NCBI GenBank assembly: GCA_036386675.1
Contig: DASVVE010000016.1
Span: forward strand, 122,561-186,560
Length of the DNA: 64,000 bases
Origin: Chloroflexia bacterium
Lineage (GTDB): Bacteria > Chloroflexota > Chloroflexia > QHBQ01 > JADMIH01
Direction: 5' to 3'
Within the stretch, counting starts at the first letter, position 1, and every line of letters begins with the position of its first letter. A program made the translations under genes and the position numbers. The notes beneath the pieces were generated by a model. The model saw only the letters and a list, made by a program, of their open reading frames with translations, had not been told where the DNA came from and did not search any database. This document shows, piece after piece, positions 57,103 through 64,000 of the stretch.

Positions 57103-59328
57103 CTACTGCTTGGGCAGCGGCATGCGCAGGAACGGCTCGGTCGGGGTGCGTTGGCCGGGGATGTAGCCTCTGGGCGTTTCTGGAGCCATTTCTACGCCCG
57201 CGCCGTTGGTGCTCGACGTGTCAGGCTCGTCGGTCTTCAGGGCTATAAGCTCGGACCGGGGCACCGGCACCTGGATGCCTTCGCGCTGAAACACCTCGTA
57301 GATGTCCATCATCAGGTCGTTGGTCACTTTGGATTGGCGCTCGAAGTTTTCCAGCTTGATGTCATCGATGTAGTAACTCATGTTGTAGAAGTAGAAGTAG
57401 TCACCGAAGCCCTTGAAGCTGGCACCTGGCACCTTCCAGTCCTCGAACGGCTCGTGGAACCTGTTGCTGTTGATCCACCGCTTGATGTTCGTCAGGTAGT
57501 TGTCGAGCAACTCCTCGTCGCCAGCGGGGAGCGACAGGAGCCTGGTGCTGAGCAGGCGCAGCTTGCGTTCCCACTGTTCGACCAATCGCTTGTATTCGCT
57601 GGGGGGAAGCACGTCTTCTTCCTTCCACTGCGTATAGCGCATGATGCGCGGGCGCAATTCGTTCAGCCGCCGCTCGCACATTGCCTGCATGCCGCCCCAC
57701 TGCGTGAACAAGCCCCTGATGCGCAATCGCTCCTGCCTGCTCAGGCCGCCCGCTTCCAGGGTGCGTAGCCAGTGGATAAGGCCGTCAAGCTCCGCGTTCA
57801 GCCCCTCAATCGAATCGAGCATCTCCATCTCGTTGTAGACGACCGCCACGTTCTGCACCCACAGCTTGATGCGCGACGATTCCTTGTAGAACCCCTTGAT
57901 GTGCAGCGCCTCGGCTACCACGTTGCCCGCCTCCACCAGCCGCGTCAGCAGGCCGTCCAACTCCTCAATTGCCCTCTTTTCGTGCGCGAGTAGCTCTTGC
58001 TCGATGGCTTCAGCTTTGACGTGCAACTCTTCAATCGAATTAAGAGCGGCGCGCAGAGGCTCCAATTCCACTTGGGACAGCGTGTTCGCGAGGCCATGCC
58101 AGGCCACATCTATCTCCGCTATCCTGTCGGTCTGCTGCCCGCCCATCGTCCGGCCGCTCGCGTCGACTCCGCCCAGGATGGTGCGCAACTGCTCCACGTC
58201 CCTCACCGCCTCGCCACGCGCCCGTAACTGGCTCAAGGCGATTTGCGCGTCTATCAAGCACTGGGTAAGCTGCGTGCGCACCTGGAGCAAGTTGCTGTAG
58301 AGGTCGTTGTTCGTGGCGGTATGCTCGCGCCACCATTCCTCGAGCGCGGTCTGGGCCATAGTGAGCACGGTGCTGCTGGCACCTGAGAGCATGGCTATCT
58401 TGTTGATCCGGTTGCGTAGCACCAACAGCTTCTTTTCGGGCACGTGGAGCACGTTACGGTGGCTCTGCACGATCTCCCTCAGCAGCGCCCTCACGCGTGC
58501 GGGGTCGGCGTCCATCGTGGTGCGTATCTGCGTGATCGTCCTCATGTCAACGGTCGGCTTGTTGATGTTAGCGATAGAGGACCGGGTGAGTACGTTGTTC
58601 GGCATGTAGATGAGGGCGTGGTTAGTCATGTCGTAAAGCTGGGTCATGCGCAGGCCCACCTTTTCCACACGGTAGATCTTGTTTTCGGGCAGGATGATAA
58701 GGTCGTCTTCCCGGAAGGGCGGGTCTATCATCAGGTAGACCCCGCTGAACAGGTTGCCTAACGTGTCCTGAAAGGCGAGACCGATGATGAGGCTGACCGC
58801 GCCGATGCTGGCGAGCAATACGCCGATGTTCACGTCAAGCGCCTGCAATATGAACGCGAGCGCCACCAGGAAGAAGACCAGCGGGCCGAGCGTCTTGACG
58901 ATGGGCACCATCAGGTCGTCCACGTTGCTCTCAGTCTCGGCCGCCCTGGATGCCAGCCACCGCAGCAAGAACTCGCGGACGACGCGCCAGGCCAGGTAGA
59001 ACACCACCGCTAACACGACCACGGTGTAGAGCCTGCGCAGCATGAGGGTGAAGTCCGGCCCCAGGGGCACTTCTTCGAGCGCCTGCACGACGCCGTACGC
59101 CACGATAGCGACGAAGATGGGCGCTCGTACTGTGCGCAACACCATATTGTCGAACTCGTTGCGTGTGGAACTCACCAGCATGCGCCCGACAGGGAACAGC
59201 AGCCAGTAAGCGAGCGCCCCTATAGCAGCCCAGACAACGAAGGTGAGCAAGACCTGTAACAGCCGGTCTTCAGGCCAGCCGTTTATCTGTATGAGAAGCG
59301 TGCCAAGAACCATGTTCAAACCTGCCAT
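57103..59328 (-). CDS. MscS-family mechanosensitive channel with a long (~450 aa) coiled-coil-rich cytoplasmic C-terminal extension
   Basis: MscS core ...SIGAVSLIIGLAFQDTLGNLFSGVYLMIDPPFREDDLI.... RBS GGAGG. Confidence 0.85.
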   Translation of the reverse strand: MAGLNMVLGTLLIQINGWPEDRLLQVLLTFVVWAAIGALAYWLLFPVGRMLVSSTRNEFDNMVLRTVRAPIFVAIVAYGVVQALEEVPLGPDFTLMLRRLYTVVVLAVVFYLAWRVVREFLLRWLASRAAETESNVDDLMVPIVKTLGPLVFFLVALAFILQALDVNIGVLLASIGAVSLIIGLAFQDTLGNLFSGVYLMIDPPFREDDLIILPENKIYRVEKVGLRMTQLYDMTNHALIYMPNNVLTRSSIANINKPTVDMRTITQIRTTMDADPARVRALLREIVQSHRNVLHVPEKKLLVLRNRINKIAMLSGASSTVLTMAQTALEEWWREHTATNNDLYSNLLQVRTQLTQCLIDAQIALSQLRARGEAVRDVEQLRTILGGVDASGRTMGGQQTDRIAEIDVAWHGLANTLSQVELEPLRAALNSIEELHVKAEAIEQELLAHEKRAIEELDGLLTRLVEAGNVVAEALHIKGFYKESSRIKLWVQNVAVVYNEMEMLDSIEGLNAELDGLIHWLRTLEAGGLSRQERLRIRGLFTQWGGMQAMCERRLNELRPRIMRYTQWKEEDVLPPSEYKRLVEQWERKLRLLSTRLLSLPAGDEELLDNYLTNIKRWINSNRFHEPFEDWKVPGASFKGFGDYFYFYNMSYYIDDIKLENFERQSKVTNDLMMDIYEVFQREGIQVPVPRSELIALKTDEPDTSSTNGAGVEMAPETPRGYIPGQRTPTEPFLRMPLPKQ

Positions 59329-59346
59329 AACTCCTCCATGTCATAA

Positions 59347-59443
59347 GTGCCGAGTGCCGAGTGCCGAGTACCGAGTGCCGAGTACCGGGTACCGAGTGAT
59401 TGTTGCGTACCTACTTGGCGCTCGGTACTCGGTACTCGGTACT
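59347..59443. repeat. Palindromic element of GTGCCGAGT/GTACCGAGT repeats; its right arm encodes the last ~10 residues of the histidine kinase
   Basis: gtgccgagtgccgagtgccgagtaccgagtgccgagtaccgggtaccgagtg-attgttgcgtacctacttggcg-ctcggtactcggtactcggtac. The HK C-terminus STEYRVPSAK* is read from this arm. Confidence 0.75.
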
Positions 59444-61294
59444 TCCTAGCGGTATTGTGAACCAGAAGATGCTGCCACCTTCGGGGTTGGGCGTCATGCC
59501 GATTTCGCCGCCGTGCGCCTGCACTATTTCCTTGCTGATATGCAGCCCCAGGCCCAAGCCGCGTTCCCGCCGAAGGGCCGCCGGTGCTCCACCGTTTGTA
59601 CTTGCGTCCTGTCCGGCGGGCCTGCGGTCCTGGTAGTAGCGGGAGAACAGGTGTGGGCGCATCTCCTCCGGCACGCCCGGCCCGTTGTCCGCCACCTCTA
59701 CGCGAGCCTGTCCGTCCTGCTGCTCCACGCGCACGAGCACGAGAGTACCGGGCGGGCTATAGCGTATGGCATTACCTACCAGATTGGTAAGCACCTGCTC
59801 GATCCTGGTCGCATCTACCACGCCTATTATACTGGCGGGAGCAACTAACTCAAGCCTGTGAGCACCCTGGTCAATCGACTCGGCTGCGGACATGGCAGAG
59901 CGTACAATCTCAGCCATATCACTCTCTCGCCTATCGAGCACCAACCTGCCTAACGAGATGCGGGAAGCATCCAGTAGTAGCTCTACGAGGGCGTTCAACC
60001 TCTTGGAGAGCTTGGTCATCTCCTCCAGGTACCGCACGAAACCGGGCGGCACATCGTCTTTGGCTGCCTGCCTGTTTTGAAGCTGGATGTAGCCGTGGAG
60101 CGCGGTGAGCGGGTTGCGTATCTCGTGAGCGGCGGTGGCGATGAACTCGTCCTTGCGGGCGTCCAACTCGCGCATGCGTGTGACGTCCTGCAACACCACA
60201 GCCGCGATGGTGATGTTGCCCCTGTCGTCGCGCAATGGGACGGCGCTCACGAGCAACGAGTGTCTGCCTTGTCCCGGTATTTCGGCCAGCATCTCTTCCT
60301 CGCGCACAACCTGGCCGTGGGTCAGCGCCCGCACGCTGGGGAACTCCTCGTGCGTGTAGGCCGTGCCGTCGGGTCGTGTGAAACCGTAGTGGGCGGCCCG
60401 GTCTTCAGGACGCAGGGCGTTCCACTCGTCGGTAGGGAAGAGGTGCTCGGCGGCATGGTTCTGGAGCACGGTGTTGCCGTCTGGAGGCACGATCAGCCTG
60501 ACGGGCACCGGTAGGCTTTCGATGATGGCCTGGAGGCGGGCGCTCTCGGCTTCAGCCGCCTCCGTGGCCTCCTTTTGCAACTTGGTCTCCCGCCTGGACA
60601 CCGCCGCCGCGAATATGGCGCTTGACAGGGCGAGCACTCCCACTCCAATCAGCAGGTAGAGTTCGTTGCGGCGGATGCGGAGCAGGTCGGCGTTGTACTG
60701 GCGCACCCGGTCGTTCAGCAGGTCGTTGAGCCTGGTGCTGCGCTCGCGGAAGCTGTTGAAGAGGTCGTTCCCCCTCCCGCTGACCACTATGTCCACGGCT
60801 TCCTGGGTGCGCCCTGAGCGGACCAGCTCGGTCGTCACCTGGGAGAAGTCCTCCCTCCATATGGTCGCCGCCGCCTGCATGTCGCGCACGAGGGTGGTGA
60901 TGGGCTGCGCATTCGGCTCGTCCACCGCGTCGAGGGCGGCGGCATCCTTCTCAAGTGTCTCCCACAGGCCCGGTAGTCGTTGCTCCGCCTGCCTGTAAGG
61001 TTCGAGGAACTGCTCGTCCTCGGTGATGATGTAGCCCCGGTTGGCGGCCTGCATGTCTACGTGCATGCCGTAGAGCGTGCGCTCCACCAGCAGGAGGTCG
61101 TTCGTTATGCGTATGTTCTCCTGCGCTCCCCGCCCCAGCAATTCGGTCACCACTCCCACGCCCGCCAGCACGAATACGAGCACAATCACCACGCCTATGA
61201 GTATAGGCGCTAACCGGTTGTTACTTCGATTCTGGACTGTGCGTAGGCGCGAGAGCATCGGGTCTTCCTGGGCAAGCGAAAAGAGGGCTTCCAC
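59411..61294 (-). CDS. Sensor histidine kinase (CHASE3-like extracytoplasmic domain, PAS, HisKA, HATPase_c)
   Basis: H-box ATAAHEIRNPLTAL, N-box LVGNAIRYS, and G-boxes DNGPGV / GLGLGL. The TM region flanks an N-terminal periplasmic domain. The start may be the internal MLSRL. Confidence 0.85.
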   Translation of the reverse strand: MEALFSLAQEDPMLSRLRTVQNRSNNRLAPILIGVVIVLVFVLAGVGVVTELLGRGAQENIRITNDLLLVERTLYGMHVDMQAANRGYIITEDEQFLEPYRQAEQRLPGLWETLEKDAAALDAVDEPNAQPITTLVRDMQAAATIWREDFSQVTTELVRSGRTQEAVDIVVSGRGNDLFNSFRERSTRLNDLLNDRVRQYNADLLRIRRNELYLLIGVGVLALSSAIFAAAVSRRETKLQKEATEAAEAESARLQAIIESLPVPVRLIVPPDGNTVLQNHAAEHLFPTDEWNALRPEDRAAHYGFTRPDGTAYTHEEFPSVRALTHGQVVREEEMLAEIPGQGRHSLLVSAVPLRDDRGNITIAAVVLQDVTRMRELDARKDEFIATAAHEIRNPLTALHGYIQLQNRQAAKDDVPPGFVRYLEEMTKLSKRLNALVELLLDASRISLGRLVLDRRESDMAEIVRSAMSAAESIDQGAHRLELVAPASIIGVVDATRIEQVLTNLVGNAIRYSPPGTLVLVRVEQQDGQARVEVADNGPGVPEEMRPHLFSRYYQDRRPAGQDASTNGGAPAALRRERGLGLGLHISKEIVQAHGGEIGMTPNPEGGSIFWFTIPLGSTEYRVPSAK

Positions 61295-61453
61295 TTATAT
61301 AGCGGCAGCCTATCCTTACTATAAAGCCGTATGCCTGCCCTGTCAATACGGCCAATGCCGCTAGAAAAAGCACAGCGGTGTGATCATTCTCCGGCAGGAG
61401 AGACACAGGAAAGTGTGGCATGTAACAAGTGGCATAGTAGCAGGCGGCATGGC

Positions 61454-61623
61454 GGCATGGTAGACGCCCGTCGATTGAAATCGAGGGCTACACATTGCGA
61501 AGTCTGCCCTGCGGCAGACTGGTTCACCTTGAGCATCTGTAAAGACCTAATGAAATGTTTCAGTCCCGCAGGGACTTTGCAAAGTGTAGCCCTCGATTTC
61601 AATCGACGGGCGTCTACCATGCC
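61454..61623. repeat. MITE-like palindrome: 39-bp perfect terminal inverted repeats (ggcatggtagacgcccgtcgattgaaatcgagggctaca) with an imperfectly palindromic interior, ~170 bp
   Basis: Left arm starts at 61454 and the right arm ends at 61623. Mirror-image ORFs 61331-61645(+) and 61384-61620(-) are artefacts of it. Confidence 0.85.
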
Positions 61624-61855
61624 GAGAATGACCTACGGAGAATGACCTCACCAAGGTATCGCAGCAAGGACGTTTGACGGTACCTGGCAGCCTACTGCGC
61701 TGCAACCCTTTGTGCAGGCTATAGCTAGCGTGTGGATTATCGTACGTTGAGGCCGTATTAGCTGCTATACTCGGCCCGAAACAGGAATGCCGCGATTGCG
61801 TGAGCGATCAACGTCTGCGGCATTTCCATGATTACCAGGAGCGAAGGGTAGGGTA

Positions 61856-62902
61856 ATGCAGATTCCCAGGGTGGGGTTTGACAAGCTACTGAATGCTACA
61901 GATGCCGCGAACAGGCTGTGGAGCCGCGTGGCCGTGGTGCGTTCGCGCCTCCAACGGAGGCAGTTGGCGGCTGTAGCCGTGTCGAGTGCGCCTATCACCA
62001 CCCAGCTAGTCGCGGCCGCGCTAGAGTCGCCCGACCGCTTCCAGATATCGGGCCTTCAGCCGGTGGACCGCTCGCGCACCTTCACTCTGCCCTGGGACCG
62101 GCAGCGCTTCGATGACGACGGCGGCCGGGACCAGGAACCCCGGAAGCCCCTCAACCTGCTCGACTGGCTCCTGCTCGGTTTGGAGGCGCTGGGTGCGCTG
62201 GTAGTGGCGTGGCTGGCCTTCCAGTACATCTACACGACCTATATCGACACCGCCCCTCGCAGGCTCACGCCGCCTCCCTCCAGGCCGGTCCCTTCAGGCG
62301 GTAGTGGGGCCATAGCGACCGCCACGCCGACCGTCCGGGTGACCGCCAGCCCTGAAGCCGAGGCCACCGCTACGTTTGTGTCTGAGGTGCTCCCACCCAT
62401 GATCGGGGGCGGGCCGGAGCCTACTGGGACTGCTACACCGGGTAGCGCCGGTACCCCCGCACCCACGGCTTCCCCCGAAGCCCTGCTCCCGAACCGGCTG
62501 CGCATTCCTGTCATGTTCCTGGACAGCGCCGTGCACGAGGTGACGGTGAACATGGGCGAGTGGGAGGTGTCCCCGATGGACGTGGGCCACCACGAGGGCA
62601 CGGCCAACCCCGGCGAAGTGGGCAACGTGGTGCTGGCGGGGCACCGGGACATCAATTCCGCGCTGTTCCGCGAGTTGGACCGGCTTCAGCCAGGCGACGA
62701 GGTATTCGTGGGCAACATGTTTGGCGAATACCGGTACCTGGTCGAAGAAAGCCTGGTGGTCAGCCCCGACTACGTGCAAGTCATGGACCCCACCGGCGAC
62801 AAACGCCTGACGCTGATTACGTGCACGCCCTTAGGCCTGGCTACCCAGAGGCTCGTAGTGATAGCCAAGCTGGATGAATCAAGCGTGGCGCAGGCACCCT
62901 AG
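61856..62902 (+). CDS. Sortase-family transpeptidase (class E/F-like) with an N-terminal cytoplasmic region, one TM and a Pro/Thr/Ala-rich linker
   Basis: Catalytic triad context: HEV...NVVLAGHRD...LTLITCTP. The start codon is uncertain. Confidence 0.7.
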   Translation: MQIPRVGFDKLLNATDAANRLWSRVAVVRSRLQRRQLAAVAVSSAPITTQLVAAALESPDRFQISGLQPVDRSRTFTLPWDRQRFDDDGGRDQEPRKPLNLLDWLLLGLEALGALVVAWLAFQYIYTTYIDTAPRRLTPPPSRPVPSGGSGAIATATPTVRVTASPEAEATATFVSEVLPPMIGGGPEPTGTATPGSAGTPAPTASPEALLPNRLRIPVMFLDSAVHEVTVNMGEWEVSPMDVGHHEGTANPGEVGNVVLAGHRDINSALFRELDRLQPGDEVFVGNMFGEYRYLVEESLVVSPDYVQVMDPTGDKRLTLITCTPLGLATQRLVVIAKLDESSVAQAP

Positions 62903-62970
62903 TAAAGAAAAAGCGCGCAACATTAGCCAATAAACCGATTTGCTAAGAGAGACAGGGAGATGAGATCGAG

Positions 62971-64000
62971 ATGAAGAACTACTTAGATGTGCAGAGTTCC
63001 GAGCGAAAGAACCTGAGGACTATTGTGTACTTGCTGCTGGCCGCATTGGTGTTGGGGTTGGGGCTGACCTTCGCTTCAACCGCCCAGGGCGCGCCACAAC
63101 AGCAGACCCAGGGCGCTATTACGGGCGCTGTGACGCTGGGCGAGGCGGGGGCTGAGGGTGTAACCGTGGAGTTGCGCCAGCACGCCAACAGCGGGGCAGA
63201 GAGCCTGCTCGCCACCACCACTACGGACGCCACCGGGCGCTACGTCTTCGTCAACCAGCCGAGCGCCCCCGGCGATGCCTTTTACTACATTCAGTTCCAG
63301 GGTGGCCCCGGCACGCTCGCTTCCTGGCGCACCTTCCCGATCATCTATCTCACCGGCACCGACTTCAACGTGCCCACCGTAGACATCTCCGACGTTACGC
63401 TGGTGGAGCCTGCGGCGGGAGGCACCGTCGCCCCCGGCAGCAAACTCAAGTGGAAGGCGCGACGTGCCGGGGAGACTTATCGCCTGTACATCTACGCGGC
63501 GGGGCAGGGAGACAAGCCGGTCGTGGACAGCGGCAGCCTCGGCGCAGGCACCGAGTACACGCTGGGTGAAGGCGGCCTGGCAGAGGGCCAGTATGAAGCT
63601 ATCGTGCAGGTGCGCGATGCGGTAATCGGTTTCGGACATAGCCGCGCCCGCTTCCAGTTCACAGTCACCAAAGCCCCGGTGAATACCCCGGTCGTAGGGG
63701 CCCAGCCGCAGGAGGGCAGCCCTGGCGCGCCCTCCGTGCAACTCACGCCCGAACAGCAGATAGCCCTTCCAACCACACAACCCCAGCAATCGGAAGGCGG
63801 CGAACCCGAAGCCGCTGAGAGTAACCCGGCGGCACAACCCACAGCCGAAACCCCCTCGCAGCCTGCGGGTAAGCCGGAACTGAAAGTACGCCTCTCCGCC
63901 GACAAGACCACCGTGGACCAGGGGCAATCGCTGGTGTACGTAATTGAGGTGCACAACGCCGGGGATGCCGCGGCCACCGATGTAGTGGTGACGGACAAGC
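62971..64000 (+). CDS. Secreted surface protein, 3'-partial: signal peptide, carboxypeptidase-regulatory-like domain, DUF11-type repeat. Likely a sortase substrate.
   Basis: ATG at 62971 after gggaga. MKNYLDVQSSERKNLRTIVYLLLAALVLGLGLTFASTAQG...ITGAVTLGEAGAEGVTVELRQ...TDATGRYVF...KVRLSADKTTVDQGQSLVYVIEVHNAGDAAATDVVVTDK. Continues past the window end. Absent from the ORF track, presumably because it has no stop. Confidence 0.6.
   Translation, partial: MKNYLDVQSSERKNLRTIVYLLLAALVLGLGLTFASTAQGAPQQQTQGAITGAVTLGEAGAEGVTVELRQHANSGAESLLATTTTDATGRYVFVNQPSAPGDAFYYIQFQGGPGTLASWRTFPIIYLTGTDFNVPTVDISDVTLVEPAAGGTVAPGSKLKWKARRAGETYRLYIYAAGQGDKPVVDSGSLGAGTEYTLGEGGLAEGQYEAIVQVRDAVIGFGHSRARFQFTVTKAPVNTPVVGAQPQEGSPGAPSVQLTPEQQIALPTTQPQQSEGGEPEAAESNPAAQPTAETPSQPAGKPELKVRLSADKTTVDQGQSLVYVIEVHNAGDAAATDVVVTDK

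Noticed and set aside
61331-61645. Two mirror-image ORFs (104 aa + and 78 aa -) with nearly identical N-termini MVDARRLKSRAT
   Set aside because: They are produced by translating both strands of the 61454-61623 palindrome. There is no RBS and no coding bias.
63076-63998. Minus-strand ORFs 63076-63954 and 63492-63998
   Set aside because: They lie antisense to a plus-strand gene that has a signal peptide and recognisable domains (62971->). Their composition is A/G/R/P-rich.

Overview
High-GC (roughly 60-65% by eye) bacterial chromosomal segment, gene-dense on both strands. The DUF11-type surface protein, leaderless extended -10 promoters and the sortase suggest a Chloroflexi-like organism, but this is inference only.

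Recognisable content, in order:
- ArsC/MarR pair.
- plsX.
- A ~14 kb surface-polysaccharide locus (5.8-19.8 kb). It encodes a UDP-GlcNAc -> UDP-(2,3-diacetamido)uronic acid type nucleotide-sugar pathway (WbpA/WbpB/WbpE-like enzymes plus two UDP-GlcNAc 2-epimerases), two MOP-family flippases, GT4 glycosyltransferases, a tandem pair of Cys-motif GT-B paralogs and a decayed GT4 pseudogene.
- Orphan OppD/OppF ATPases.
- A lower-GC island (~25.0-35.8 kb) bounded by an IS5/IS427-group element with an A AAA AGG -1 frameshift. It carries a ~980-aa polytopic membrane protein, a lipoprotein and a 1469-aa secreted protein with five LamG-like repeats and two discoidin-like domains.
- ogg, tdk, rpmE, rpmA and rplU.
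- A moderately lower-GC operon (39.5-43.3 kb) combining MauE-like and MauD/TlpA-like thiol-disulfide proteins with a 12-Cys protein and a membrane protein interrupted by one in-frame TGA.
- An MFS transporter and two paralogous secreted proteins.
- The glyoxylate-shunt pair aceB-aceA.
- A Ser/Thr kinase, enolase, an MscS channel, a CHASE3 histidine kinase, a sortase and a partial DUF11 surface protein running off the 3' end.

The most unusual feature is non-coding. Almost every intergenic gap carries a palindromic element built from tandem 6-11 bp repeats: GACGATGGAC/GTCCATCGTC, ACGCCAAGG, CGCAAAG, CAGTCCT, GTGGATA, TAATTACGAAT, GTGCCGAGT and CGTAAC. Several share a ~40 nt conserved core, two share a cagggtacNNNNtgtcgtaccctg hairpin, and some overlap gene 3' ends. 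Two further MITE-like palindrome families with ~40 bp perfect terminal inverted repeats are also present. No tRNA, rRNA or CRISPR was detected.
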